A stretch of DNA of 64,000 nt from Eledone cirrhosa (GCA_964016885.1 OZ024740.1:238142001-238206000), one strand, 5' to 3'. Counted from the first letter of the stretch, positions 1 to 12,804 are shown. The notes: generated by a model not told the origin, from the sequence alone. Program-made: numbers and translations.

Positions 1-1656
1 TCCTGAAAGTCAATCTGGTTTTCGTGCTGGACGCGGCACTACTGATATGATCTTCTCAGCTAGACAGCTCCAGGAGAAGTGCATGGAACAAGGCTTGGAT
101 CTGTATCAGATTTTTGTCGATCTGACAAAAGCTTTCGATACTGTTAACAGAGATGCATTATGGAAGGTTCTCCAGAAACTTGGTTGGCCTGATAAGTTCC
201 TTGCTTTAGTTAGGTCTTTCCATGACGACATGAAGACTTGGGTTAATGTCGGAGGTAACATGTCGGAGCCTATCTCAGTAAAAAATGGAGTGAAACAGGG
301 GGATATTCCAGCACCGACCCTGTTTGCTATATACTTTGCAATGGTTTTCTGTATTGCATTCAGGAATTGCGAGCATCGTGTTTACATCCGATATCGAACC
401 TCAGGCAGCATATCTAACATCAGGCGCTTTGCTGCGAAGACAAAAGTATTTACATCAATCATAAGAGACCTCTTGTATGCAGATGATTGCGATCTTGTAG
501 CGCACACAGAGAGTGATATGCAGCACATTTTGAATGCATTTTCTGACGCTTACACTGCCCTAGGATTGACTGTCAGTCTCAAGAAAACCGTCGTCATGTA
601 CCAACCTGCCCCTGGTAAGCAGTACACTGAACCAAACATCTATGTGTATGGCAAACGACTTGGAGTGGTTGATCAGTTTGTCTACCTGGGAAGCACTGTC
701 AATCGATACAGCAACCTTGACAATGAAATCTCACTTAGGATTAGGAAAGCAAGTGATGATGCTTTCGGAAAGCTAGAAAGGCGACTCTGGGGTCGGTGAG
801 ACATATGCAGGAGGACAAAGGTAAAGGTGTACAGGGCATGTGTGCTCTCTTGTCTTTTTTATGCCTGCGAGACCTGGGTCACATATCGACACCACCTTAA
901 GCAATTGGAGCGTTTCCATCAGATGTGTCTCAGACGGATCCATGGCGTTCACTGGAGGGACCACATCAGTGATGTCGAGATTTTGGAAAGCTCTATGTGT
1001 GACAGTATAGAAGCTCTTGTGCTTAAGCAACGACTCCGTTGGAGTGGTCACCTTGCCAGGATGAAGGATTCTAGAATACCAAAACAACTCTTTTATGGAG
1101 AGTTGGTTAAAGGAAAACGACCGCCACATAAACCAAAAAAGAGGTATAAGGATTCCTTGAAAGACGCTAACATCTCTGCTGATACATGGGAAAATATTGC
1201 TGCTGATCGTAATAAATGGAGAAAGACTATATATGAGGGAAAAATTGCCTTTGAGGCATCTCGAATCGCATACGAGAAAGTAAAGCGGGATGTGAGGAAG
1301 GGCATTGCTGTTGCACTTCCAGACGGCGAGGGTCCTCCTATGGTGCTGACATGCAGCGTCTGTGCGAGACTCTGCCTAAGCAAAGCTGGACTCGAAAGTC
1401 ATCTTCGCAGTCATAAAGTAAGACCAGTGGTTGACTACCAGGCTGCTGTTGGAGATGCTACTCATCATGCTTGCCAAACATGTGGTAGAGAATGTAAATC
1501 AGCAGGAGGGCTCAAGCGACATGCAAAAGTACACGAACTCCAACCACAGCCGACTATTCCCAGTGAATGTTTTGGTTGCCGACTCTGTGCAAGACATTTT
1601 AGATCATTGGCTGGGCTAAAAAACCACATTCGATCGCAGTGCTGTTAGTTGCTATC

Positions 1657-1658
<2 letters not shown>
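1..1658 (+). mobile_element. RTE-clade LINE, 3' portion (RT, thumb, three C-terminal C2H2 zinc fingers), one in-frame stop
   Basis: ORFs 47-799 and 827-1648 share a frame separated by TGA 797-799. RT motifs FVDLTKAFDTV, GVKQG, LYADD, FVYLGS; RTE-type LFYACETW and RLRWSGH; (GT)n starts just after the stop. Confidence 0.93.
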
Positions 1659-1742
<84 letters not shown>

Positions 1743-1874
1743 GCTAATGCGTGTGCGTGTATGTGTATATATATATGTATATGTATATTATTATTGTTGT
1801 TGTCGTTATTATTATTGTTGTTGTTATTATTATTATTATTGTTATTAATGTGTGTGTGTATGTATGTGTGTATG

Positions 1875-1906
<32 letters not shown>

Positions 1907-1915
1907 ATATATATA
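1659..1915. repeat. Compound microsatellite (GT)n/(TAT,TGT)n/(TA)n
   Basis: Directly visible simple repeats. Confidence 0.97.
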
Positions 1916-2240
1916 TTTCTTTTTTTTTTTTCTCTCCTCGTGCAATGGCCATACTCGATAACGAGGGGGCAGCCATCATGTATGTATGTGTGTATGCATG
2001 CAAGTATATTACTTTTCTTGAGTTTTTCTGTCATCTCTGCTTACTATTGTTTGTGGTGGTGGTGGTGGCAACAGCAGCTGTAGTGGTGACTACCTCCTCC
2101 AACACACTTTTCAGTTAAAACAATGAAAGGAAAATCATCACCACCATCTTCATTAATTCCATTTTGTCTCTATAGTTAATATCTGCTGATATCTGAAAGA
2201 TTTAGCAGCAGTGAAGTCAATATCCTACAATACTAATAAT

Positions 2241-2434
2241 ATTTTCTGATTTAGGCACAAGGCCAACAATTTGAGGGAAGTTGATTAAATCAACGTCAGT
2301 TCATTACTGGTACTTTATTTTATTGACCCCATTAGGATGAAAGGCAAAGCTAACCTTTGAACTCTGAATGTAAGGGCCATAACTATATGCCACAAAACAT
2401 GTCCAATGCTCTACTGATACTGCCAATTCACTGC
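2241..2434 (-). mobile_element. tRNA-derived SINE family A, diverged copy
   Basis: Homologous to copies at 13226, 40070, 42896; TSD cctacaata(c/g)taataat at 2224-2240 and 2435-2451. Confidence 0.85.
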
Positions 2435-2556
2435 CCTACAATAGTAATAATAATTTTGCTCAACTTCTATTTAAAATGCCTCTCTGCCTCAGGTCTACAA
2501 GAAGCAATGGTAATGAGATTTATTTAATATGTTGTTCTAATGAACATCTAGAGTTT

Positions 2557-2810
2557 AAAGTCTGTCTTAAGCCAGAAGGCTCATTTGGCGTGAAATGACT
2601 GAGAGTACATGACTCCCTCCCTGGACAGGACACCAGTCCATTGCAGGGTTAAACCTCCAGCTATTGCTGGTATTCATTTTCAGCTGAGTGTACTGGAGCA
2701 ACGTGAAATAAAGTGTTTTACTCAATGACACAACACGCAACCCAGGAATTGAACCCACGACATTATGATCGTAAGTCCAACACCCTTTCCACTAGGCCAC
2801 ATGCCTCCAC
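2557..2810 (-). mobile_element. tRNA-derived SINE family B with conserved-core-like body
   Basis: Minus strand reads gtggcctagtgg (A box) ... ggttcaattcc (B box), then gtgttgtgtc..., aaccctgcaatggactggtgtcctgtccaggg. Second copy at 14300-14575. Confidence 0.8.
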
Positions 2811-2857
2811 TCTAATGAACATAGCATGGTCATAAATTCACATCTTAATACTGTTGT

Positions 2858-3470
2858 AGTGAAGGCACTTGGCTTTGTGATTAGAATGTTGGGCTCACAA
2901 TTGTGAGGTTATGAGTTTTATTCCTGGTCTGGGTGGTGTGTTGTGTCCTTTAATGCAATGTTTATTTTCATGTTACTCCAGTTCACTCAATTGGAGATAA
3001 GTTGTGATGTCACTAATACCAAGCTGTATCAGCCTTTGCCTTTCCCTTAGATCAGGCATGTAAAACATGCTGCCCGCAGGCAGCATGCATCCCTTTACAA
3101 GCACACCTGTGGCCCGCGCAAAGGTTTTTACAGCATGAGTGTAATATAAAATAAAAAATATTAGTTGTAATGTATGCAATTAGTTGTCATGTGTGGCCCT
3201 CAGACAACACATATGTGACACATGTGACCCTCGGGGGACCCTCAGTTTGACATGCCTGCCATAAATACCTCGTGTGTAACCCTCAGACAACACATATGTG
3301 ACACATATGACCTTCGGGTCACCCTCAGTTTGACATGACTGCCTTAGATGACATCAGTGATATGAAGCAGGGAAATTGGCATGCATAAACAACTACTGGT
3401 CTTGCACAAAAATGCCTTGCCCAGGTTTGTGCCTCAAAGGGAACTTTCTAGGTACAAACCCATAGTATTT
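2858..3470 (+). mobile_element. Degenerate tRNA-headed SINE interrupted by a hAT MITE
   Basis: Head similar to family B (gtgaaggcacttggc...ttcctgg...gtgttgtgtcc); sequence resumes after the MITE TSD. Confidence 0.6.
3053..3341. mobile_element. hAT-type MITE with duplicated right end
   Basis: TIRs caggcatgtaaaac / gtttgacatgactg; exact 8-bp TSD ccttagat at 3045-3052 and 3342-3349; an internal second right TIR ends near 3258. Confidence 0.88.
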
Positions 3471-3595
3471 GTGTCTAAAGACTGCTTAAGAAATATGCAC
3501 TATGATGTGATTTGTGAAAGATTTGGCTACAATTTTCAGCTAGCCAAATGATCAGATGGTAACAGCCTGTTAAATAAATGTGTCTGCCAATCAAC

Positions 3596-3652
<57 letters not shown>

Positions 3653-3828
3653 ATCATCTCCCTCCCTCTTGCTCTCCATCTCCTACTCTCTTACACCTAT
3701 TTCATATCTTCAGAATAGTAGTTGAACTAATGGATTAGTTAATTCATTACTTCAGCAAAGTGGTTGCCATTAGTCACAGTCTGAATTATAACTTACTTCA
3801 GAAGGGTGATAAAAGAGGAGGTTTTGGC

Positions 3829-3986
<158 letters not shown>

Positions 3987-3998
3987 ATATATATATAT

Positions 3999-4296
3999 TA
4001 GAAAGTGAGGTTTTTTTACAAAATGAAAAATAACCGAGGTGTCCTACACGAGTGGAAGTATAAAGAAAAAGGGATGAAAGTGTCTAAAGATGGTTTAAGA
4101 AATATGCACTATGATGTGATTTGTGAAAGATTTGGCTACAATTTTCAGCTAGCCAAATGATCATATGGTAACAGCCTGTTAAATAAATGTCTTTTGAAAA
4201 GCAGAAGAACTGCGAAACCGGTAAAGGAACCAAATAAATATATATATTTTTTTAAAAAATAAGACTTCAGTTGCATTTTCGATTTCATCCCTTTTT

Positions 4297-4301
<5 letters not shown>
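3999..4301 (+). mobile_element. Penelope-like terminal-repeat (pLTR) remnant in (TA)n
   Basis: Flanked by TA tracts; inverted repeat taaagaaaaagggatgaaa (about 4060-4079) / tttcatccctttttcttta (about 4283-4301); hammerhead motif at 4191. Confidence 0.7.
4191..4226 (+). ncRNA. Minimal type I hammerhead ribozyme, U3-A8 variant
   Basis: ctt-TTGAAAA-gcag(aagaa)ctgc-GAAA-ccg-GTA-aag: stems I and II present, palindromic ACCGGT stem III, GUA cleavage triplet. Confidence 0.72.
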
Positions 4302-4337
<36 letters not shown>

Positions 4338-4892
4338 ATGTTTGTGGACGCCACCCCTGGAGGGAAATTAGCTAACCAGTGTAGAAAGGCCCTGAGAAAG
4401 ACCCACTTAAAAATAAAGGTGGTAGAAAAGCCAGGAACCACCATAAAATCCCTGATCAGCAAAACCTACCCTTTTAAGAAAACCCACTGTACCAATAGGA
4501 AATGTATCATATGTAAGGTGAACCCCCGGATAAACTGTAAAACTAGAAACGTAGTCTATAGCATAAGATGTACAGAGGGTACTTGCAGAAACACGACAAC
4601 AACATACATAGGTGAGACAGCTCGTAGCATAGGTGAAAGGATAGACCAACACTGGGGGGAACTAAAAGGACGAAAAAACGGGTCAGTACTATACGAACAT
4701 GCTAGACAACATCATGACGGTAACATAGACAACATAGAAATTAGAATAATATCTAAACATAGGAATGACCCAGCAGATAGGCAAATCAGAGAGGCCAGTG
4801 AAATAGAAATTAGAAGACCAAAGCTAAACAGAAAGAATGAGTGGAACAACAACAACACCCAAACAAACAACACTGACCTAAGAGAAGTATAA
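4338..4892 (+). CDS. Penelope GIY-YIG endonuclease, C-terminal fragment
   Basis: Cys-rich linker then NVVYSIRC...YIGETAR...R...H...REASEI...LNRKNE. Confidence 0.88.
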   Translation: MFVDATPGGKLANQCRKALRKTHLKIKVVEKPGTTIKSLISKTYPFKKTHCTNRKCIICKVNPRINCKTRNVVYSIRCTEGTCRNTTTTYIGETARSIGERIDQHWGELKGRKNGSVLYEHARQHHDGNIDNIEIRIISKHRNDPADRQIREASEIEIRRPKLNRKNEWNNNNTQTNNTDLREV

Positions 4893-5160
4893 ATAAATAA
4901 GTAAATTAAATTAAATAAAATAAGATAAATAAATACATACACAAGCACATAAACACACACTAGTCACCCAGCAGACACAACACTATACACACTAGTCACA
5001 CATCACACATAACACTATACACACACGCAAACGCATGCGCAAAGAAGACAAAATAAAATAAGATAAACAAACAAGCAAATAAATAAATAAATATATAGAC
5101 AGACTGAACAAAAAAAATGGCGTAGACATACAACACAACAGGAGGAACAATGAATATAAC

Positions 5161-5195
5161 ACCACTGACGATGTTGCAGATGTGCAACGAAAGAT
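5161..5195 (+). ncRNA. Hammerhead ribozyme core (stems I/III degraded)
   Basis: CTGACGA-t-gttgca(gatg)tgcaac-GAAA. Confidence 0.6.
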
Positions 5196-5405
5196 TTATG
5201 TAAACTATATATATATGTGTTTGTCTATATTGTATCTGTATTATTTTTGACCGCCGGTCAGTCAATGGCAACATTGAGGACCGAGTAAGTTAGATCGCAG
5301 ATATATATATATAAAAGACAGCGAGAAGCGAAAACCAACCAAACAGTGAGTGTGTTCTGTTATTAATTCTGGCAATATTACGCAAATATGACCCTCCCCA
5401 AATAT

Positions 5406-5480
<75 letters not shown>

Positions 5481-6057
5481 TAAAGGTATTTATTTACGCT
5501 TTAATTTATATTTTTAATTATCGTGTCTATAGTCTGCCTTTCATAGGTTATAGATTCCATACACTGGTGGTTTTTTCCCTGTATTATTGATAACGCACTA
5601 TATACCTCTCTCTGGTGTGTTACCTTCTCAACATATTATATTTTAAAGGGCTCAGGATCTCTTCCCCTTTGAGCACACTATTTACAGGGAATAACGACGG
5701 CCTATGCCTCCGTTAATTTATCGTGATATATATATATATATATTTACATATCACCATATAGTATAACAAAATGTATTATACTGCTTGTACCAGGCACATA
5801 TGTAACAGTGCTTAAGATTTGTAGGGGTCACTAAATGTAGCAGCTGTTTAGAGGATTGTTTGTTATGACCAGATGTGTTGTTATATTAGTGATTTTGTTG
5901 GTCAGTTGTCCATTATAGCACAGCAGAAATTGTAGTAGTAACTGTTGGCTTGATGGGTGTTCTGTGAGTTGCTCTCTCCCAGAGAAAGGGTTGTGTAAAT
6001 TTTTGTGACTTATGGCAAATAAATTGTGTTTTGTGTCTCAATGTGTCAAGATGTATG

Positions 6058-6160
6058 ATTACCATAGACACTAGTCAATGAACAAATGTCATTACCATAG
6101 ACACTAGTCAATGAACAAATGTCATTACCATAGACACTAGTCAATGAACAATAACAAATG
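6058..6160. repeat. 33-bp tandem repeat, about 3 copies
   Basis: attaccatagacactagtcaatgaacaaatgtc at 6058, 6091, 6124. Confidence 0.93.
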
Positions 6161-6545
6161 TCATTACTTTAATCATTTTTATCAGGAAATATCTTACATT
6201 GAAGTTATGATAACACAGAAAAAGCAACAAAGGGTCAAAGTGAAATTGTGTATTATATTTGTGTTATTAGTTAGGTGTGGATGCTGTAGTAGTCTGAAAA
6301 ATTGCATGGAACTAACCTTTGTTGGAATTGAATGGGAGTATAACTGTTTCAGCTCAGTAGTAAAAGGGGCAGGGACCCAATGGGTTGGAATGAGTCTGGT
6401 GCAAATAAATCATTCTGACCTCTGTCATAAACTGAACTGAATGCTGACTATTTATGAGAATTCTGTTGTCATTAATAATAAGCAGATGGCCACCAGAAAA
6501 CTATATTCTTCCAGGCAGTTTATAGATATAATATATATATATATA

Positions 6546-6755
6546 ACGAAGGAAATGTGGTAAGGAACCAGGTGGACCATAACGCACCAAAGTACTCAAT
6601 ACTTAGGGTAGTAGAGTGGGTAATAGGAATGAGTAAGACCCCGACGGCTGAGCTCAAGCCGTTTCAACGGCTAATTCTGGACTAAAACCTTTTTAGTCCA
6701 GAATTAGCCGTCGAAACGGCTTGAGCTCAGCCGTCGGGGTCTTACTCATTCCTAT
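6546..6755. mobile_element. Penelope pLTR remnant forming a 65-bp-arm palindrome
   Basis: Arms 6623-6687 / 6691-6755 with one mismatch; contains the 3' half of a hammerhead (GAAAcggct...agccGTC); TA flanks. Confidence 0.7.
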
Positions 6756-7002
6756 ATATATATATATATATATATATTATATCTATAAATTATTTCTGAA
6801 GACAGCATATATATGTGTAGGTATGTATATTCCCTCTGATAGTTTGTAAAAATTTTACATAAATCTCTATGATATACATACCAACACAAACATATATATC
6901 CTAGAAACGATCGTAAAATGAAGAATTTTTTAATATAAGGAACTGTTTCTTTGTTTTTATTCATTATTTTTATTAATTTATATATATATATATATTATAT
7001 AT

Positions 7003-7328
7003 TAGAGGCAGGAGAGCAATGTGGTAGCATGCTACTACGTCCTTCTCTGGGTCAAAAACATAGCACACACCTTTTCTTTGCTTGCTTCCTTAATGCTTAC
7101 CATCATTCCATTGGTATACATCTATTATACAATATACGCAATGAAATGTGTTTGGCCTCCTGTCATTTCACTTTATAATACATTTACTCCATTCTCGAAC
7201 CACCAACATGATTTAACATTGAAGATGGATGAGTTGCATAACGTTGAATGCTTTCCTCATATTACATCATGATTAACATTGCAGAACGACCAATTCTACC
7301 CAGTGGTAAACCACCAAATTTATCAAAG

Positions 7329-7330
<2 letters not shown>
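7003..7330 (+). mobile_element. Penelope pLTR/tail remnant related to 42200-42365
   Basis: 7155-7318 aligns with about 42205-42362; TA flanks. Confidence 0.65.
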
Positions 7331-7373
<43 letters not shown>

Positions 7374-7559
7374 CGTGTGTGTGTGTATTACTCATACCAG
7401 TAAAAAGACTAATTCACCACAGAAACCAGTATGATTTTTCCAAGTCTCAAAGAAAACTTGCATGGGATCATGGGGCCAAATCAACAAGTCTGGATTAAAG
7501 TCTGGATTAAAGCCAAAAGGACATGTGGATCCTGACTACCCAAGTTTTCTATGCTAACA

Positions 7560-8185
7560 AACCACAAACATCACTACTTGGAATATTCAAACTTTATATG
7601 AAAATGGAAGGCAGGCCCAAATCATTGAAGAAATGACGAGTTACAATCTGGACATACTGGGGTTGGCTGAAATGAGATGGACAAGGAGTTGCAAGCTTAA
7701 CCATGAAGAAGAAACCATCTTATACTCAGGACATACAGAACATCACCAAAGTGGTGTTGGTATTCTACAGAGGAAAGAAGCTGTTAGACTACTCATTGGA
7801 TGGAAGACATCATAACAGCCTGTTTACAAACTAGGCACACAAAAGTGTCTATCATCCAAGACTATACTCCAACAGGGTTAGCAAGTGAAGAGGATAAAAA
7901 TAAATTCTACTACCAGCTTCAGCAAACGCTGGATTATAATCCATGCTATGATATCAAATTACTGATTGAGGACTTCAATGTCAAGATAAGTAGTGATCAT
8001 AAGGGTCAAGAGAATGTTATTGGCTCTATTAGTTCTGCTGAAAACCTTGATGATAATGGAGAGATGATTTCTTTTTGCAGCTTAAGTGGGCTTTCTATCT
8101 GCAATATATATTTCAAACATAAAGAAATCCACAAAAAGACCTGAGATTGATTACATCTGCATCAACAGAAAATGGAGATCCTCTG
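7560..8185 (+). pseudogene. Degenerate LINE apurinic endonuclease (RTE-like)
   Basis: Frameshifted ITTWNIQTL, LDILGLAEMRW, ILYSGH, GVGIL, EDFNVKI, IDYICIN. Confidence 0.8.
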
Positions 8186-8189
8186 TCAA

Positions 8190-9460
8190 GATTGTGCCTA
8201 GCTTTTGGGGTACAGAATTTTCCAGAGGGAGGTATGGTCAACTCTGTCAAAAGCTTCCTTAAGGTTGATAAAGGTGACGTAGAGGCAGTGATCTCTACAG
8301 AACTCCCGAGATCTTTCAATAATGAGACAGAGGGCAGAATGTGGTAAGCAGAAAAGGGAAGGATAATGCCTCAGGTCCAGTCATTTGGGAGCTCCTCTGA
8401 CACCCATACATGGTTGATGATATGGGTGAGCCATTGGATCATGTTATCTCCACTGGCCTTCAACATCTCCATGGTGATAGTGAAGATTCCAAGGGCTTTG
8501 TGGTTTTTGAGTTTCTTCAGTACATCTCTGACTTCATCTGGATTGAGAGAATCGAGTCTGCAGGAATCATTGACTGCAGCAGTTTTTGTGGTGATGGTTA
8601 GGCAGGAATCGATTGGGACAGGTGGGTGATGTAGAAGAAAGCTGAAGTGCTCCTTCCAGCGTGCGAGGCAGATGGTTTCAGTGATGATGAGATTGCCATC
8701 GGTATCCTTCACCAGAGATGTCTTGATCCGAGAACTGGCATGGGCTCTGCAGAGTGTGTTGAATACCTGGCTGAGGTTGTTGTTCCTTGCCACTCTTTCC
8801 AGGTGCTTGGCTTCTTCCACTGAAAACTCGATGGCCTTGTTGTGTATCCAGTGGCATTTAATTATTAGTGACATTTAATTATCTCCAGCATCCACATTGG
8901 AAGAGGTCTTGAGTTTACTAGGACGTCACATGCAGACTGGTTGACACTTGATTTTAAAATCTCTCAGTTATCGGTCTCGTCCTTGGTGAGGATTCTGAAG
9001 TGATTAGCAATGGAGCATGAAAATGTAGAGGTGATGTTGGGATCATGGAGACAAGATGAGTCAGGGCAGGGCTGGTACTTTGTGACAGGGTCTACCCACA
9101 ATCTCAGTGTCAGTGTCGCAATCAGCAACTGATGATCAGTATTGCCAAGCTGGGCTCTTCTGTAGACCCGGCAGTTGGTGACAAACGACCTTTGGGTGTA
9201 ACTGTCTGGACTGTACCAGGTCCAGTGATGAATGAGTTTGCGAGAGAACTAGGTGTCCTCTGCCATTACAACAGATTGTTGTAATGGCAGAGGAGCAGCA
9301 GGTGATCACCATTGTCATTGGTGGATGGGTTGGCTGTGTTGCACCAATGGGCTATCTGCAATTTGTCGATTGGAGGAAGCCTGGCAGAAGAGATGGTAGC
9401 ATTGGTGTCTGTCAAGATAATTGTGATGTCATGGGGAGGGATGTGTTTCAATGCATTTCA
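8190..9460 (-). pseudogene. Degenerate RTE-like LINE (APE to start of RT)
   Basis: TNDNGDHLL (APE); RWKEHFSFLL, EVRDVLKKLKNHKA, LPNDW (pre-RT); KEAFDRVD-like RT motif near 8250. Confidence 0.78.
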
Positions 9461-9469
9461 GAAATGTAT

Positions 9470-10783
9470 ATTTTAGACAATAAAACATGGAAAAGCTGTG
9501 CCCTCGTTTGAAAACATAAAAACGAATAGCTTGATAATACCTCTACAGCCAGGTGATAATTATAGGTATCTTGGATAGGATGAGAATGTGAGATATGATG
9601 AACCACATAAATAAGGAAAGGACCAGGAACAAATATCTTAAGAGATTAAAGAGAATATGGTCATCAGAACTCTCAGTGTACAACAAGCACACTGATCATA
9701 ATACTTTTGCTGTGTCTATCCTAACACCAACATTTGGCCTGCAAGAACTGGATGTAAGAACTCGCAAGTTGCTCAGTATTACTGGAAACTTTAACATCAA
9801 TATTTTTCATGCAAGGAGGTTGACCAGGGCCTAAAATCCATATTAATATCATACAAGAGCCAGATAATAACACTGAAGTAACACCTTCAACAGAAGGAAA
9901 AGAACAGCAGCCATCTCACCCAGGTTTATGAGCATGAAAATAAAATTGTTGGGATAGGCACTGATGTAGAGGAGAGATGCAAATTCCCAGGAACACTGGA
10001 AGATACTACTCAATGTCCAAATGCAATAAAAGAAATGGACAAATTCACTGAGAAGGTTGTACATGGGTACTTGAAAGGAAAAACACAGATCATTGAGGAG
10101 ACAACCATACTAAAAGTCTGACATGGAATTCTGATAAGTTCATAACATTTTATCTTGAAGGATACTACCATGCAATCCAGGAACAAGAAATTTCCATCAT
10201 GTACCTAATGTAAAAAAAAAGGAAACTCATCAGTTGACAATAAATGTAGGTTGTGCAAAATACAGCTTGAAGATGTTAGCCATATTATTGCCAACTGTGA
10301 AAGAATGAACTCTCATCAGTAATTCTCCATAGGGCATGATGTGATAACTAGAACAATCTAAAATGCATTAAGTAAGATGAAAATAAAATGAAATAGGGAG
10401 GAATATGTTGAGACTGATGACTCAAATGAATACTGGTGGAACATAAACTACCACCAAATTAAAGCATAACAAGCCTGATATTGTTGTTTGGGACCAAACA
10501 TTAAAAAGATACTCTGTTATAGAAGTCAGCTGCCCACTTGATGCCAATATGGTAAGGAAAATGCTAGAGAAGGAGGATATCCACAGACCATTGATGAGGA
10601 GCTTGCAAATCCAAGATACACGTTCAGCTTCATGCCCATTATTATTGGAAATACAGGTCATACACCAACCCACCTGGACCAAAGTATAACTGAACTTGTA
10701 TTTGTGGAGAAAGAACATAGCTCTTTAGTTCATAAGCTACAAATGGCCATGATATCTGGAACCTTCAAAATCTGTAATACATT
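9470..10783 (+). pseudogene. Degenerate R4/Dong-like RLE retrotransposon, 3' part
   Basis: YRYLG, KYLKRLKRIWSSEL, AIQEQEI, CRLC...HIIANC, RHDV, KPDIVVWD, IEVSCP across frames. Confidence 0.82.
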
Positions 10784-11275
10784 TGTAGTGACCTACATTC
10801 TGTAGGCTCATATACATTCTCCGTGCGTTATTTGGCTCAGCCCAGCCAATGACCACCAGCAGAGGAGAATGTATCTCTATGCGCCCTGAGAGAAAAATTC
10901 CCACGTTGGCTCGGAAGATCTCTCTTGCAGCTCGACAGCACTAAGGTAAACAACTACTTTTCTTTCGCCGTGAAATCACTGGCCAATATGTAACACAACA
11001 ATTTAACCATGGCCTGGCAACACTTCAGCCAGTAGACTGTGCCTTTCTGAAATCTTAATTCATTTGTTTTATTTCTCTTGGCATGTCAGCTCTACTCAGC
11101 TCTACTCAGCTCTACTCAGCTCAACCTTTGTTAATAAATAATGTAAAACACACTAAAGTCGTTGTCGATATTCCTATCATATCTTTCTACCAAACTGGTT
11201 ACTTGTGGTGCTATAACTATTACATCACTACTTCTATAACTCTGCTAAACTGATAATTATAATAGGACTACTACA
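10784..11275. mobile_element. Probable solo LTR
   Basis: tgtagt...actaca termini, internal aataaa and 10-bp repeat agctctactc; no TSD recognised. Confidence 0.45.
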
Positions 11276-11629
11276 TCTATATAATACTGCTAAGACGGAG
11301 GAGTATATAAGTATGAAATGTTCCTTTAAAATACATATATACATCAACCAACACATTCTTGTTAAACATTCTTACAATTCAAAAGATGGATACTTACACA
11401 AGAAATGATGACAATTTTCTTTACTTTACAACATTACAACTAGTTAAAAATAAACTCGAAATTAAAAAAAGATAGAGAACATACATACATACACTATATA
11501 AATACTTCAATATGTTATGTAAAATCTTGTCATAAACAAATACTTCAGATGTTTTTATTTGTACAACTTACAATTAAGGACAAAATGAAAACACACACAC
11601 ACACATAGAACAAACAACCAACCAGTAAC

Positions 11630-11690
<61 letters not shown>

Positions 11691-11799
11691 GAGAGAGAGG
11701 GGGGGGGGATTATAAAAGGCAACAAGGTGTAGCAATGCAGAAATATTCATTGCCATAACCTTCATTATTTATGAATCCATTGTCTTTGAAAACTTAGAA

Positions 11800-12346
11800 C
11801 TTAGAAATTTATAGGATTTCTTGTAATGAGATGTAGTTCAGTTTTATGCAGGAAGAAGCACCACAGATGCCATCTTCTATGTGAGACAACTACAAGAAAC
11901 TGTATGATACGTGCATACAATGTTGTACAGAAGTGAAACATATTCAGTAAATGCAGAGAATATGTAGAGGCTAGAGAGAAATGAAATGAGTATGTTTCAA
12001 TGGATATGTGGTGTTAATATACATGAACAGCAAGGCATGGATCAACTGAGAGAAAAACTGGATATAAGAGGAATAAAACTTAGTGCACAAGAGAGAAAAC
12101 TGTGCTGGTATGGACATGTGATGCATGTGGATGATAGTTGCTAGGTGAATAAGTGCCAGGAGATACCTAGTGAAAGGAAACTGCAGTAGCAGAAAACTAA
12201 GGATGACCTGGGCAGAAATGGTGAGAGCAGATTTCAAAATACTGAACTTCAGGGAGAAGATAACAAATGAAAACAGCAGGTGAAGGGAAGTTATGTTGGA
12301 AAAGACCCATACAACCCATGTAAACATAGAAAAACAGGTGTAAAAG

Positions 12347-12379
<33 letters not shown>

Positions 12380-12470
12380 GGTGGTGAAGATGATGATGGT
12401 TATGCTGCTGATGATGATGATGATGATGAAAATGATGATGATGATGGTGGTGGTGGTGAGTATTAGGATA

Positions 12471-12503
<33 letters not shown>

Positions 12504-12505
12504 CA
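11800..12505 (+). mobile_element. Degenerate RTE 3' fragment with expanded (GAT/GGT)n tail
   Basis: TTDAIF-like, LYRSET, LERNEMSM, WYGHVM motifs, then (GAT)n from 12347. Confidence 0.75.
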
Positions 12506-12804
12506 TCTACACAGCTTCTCTATTTGTCAATATGTTTGGTTCTAGGGAAGAAGACTTCAATGAAACCAAAACTGAACAAGATGTTAAAATTAGTTTAGCT
12601 TTTAGAATACAAGGATCGAAATGGATAAGAAAATTAATTTCAGTTTGATCACTCACTATTCAGTGATATTTGATGTGCAATATTTAGGGAAATTTTCTTA
12701 AAGTCTGCTCTATCTGATAGCTACTTAGCTATTCCTTTCTCATATCACAAGGAAGCAAGAGTCCTGTACTTATACTTGTTTTGGATGGGTTGGGTAGCAG
12801 ATTT

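Larger units (their letters stand above)
4335..5300 (+). mobile_element. 5'-truncated Penelope-like element (GIY-YIG plus 3' pLTR)
   Basis: GIY-YIG ORF 4338-4892, hammerhead core at 5165, TA tracts on both sides. Confidence 0.88.

Noticed and set aside
827-1648. Stand-alone host C2H2 zinc-finger gene
   Set aside because: In frame with the upstream RT and begins with RTE thumb motifs.
1639-2118. ORFs rich in CV, YI or HT repeats (also 3760-4033, 23514-24131, 27102-27477, 36971-37294, 43211-43805)
   Set aside because: Translations of microsatellites, not genes.
5310-5730. Short unique segments between TA tracts (also 21865-21958)
   Set aside because: Probably more pLTR scraps, but no ribozyme core or repeat partner is visible in the window.
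12291-12545. Poly-His and poly-Met ORFs
   Set aside because: Expanded (GAT)n RTE tail.
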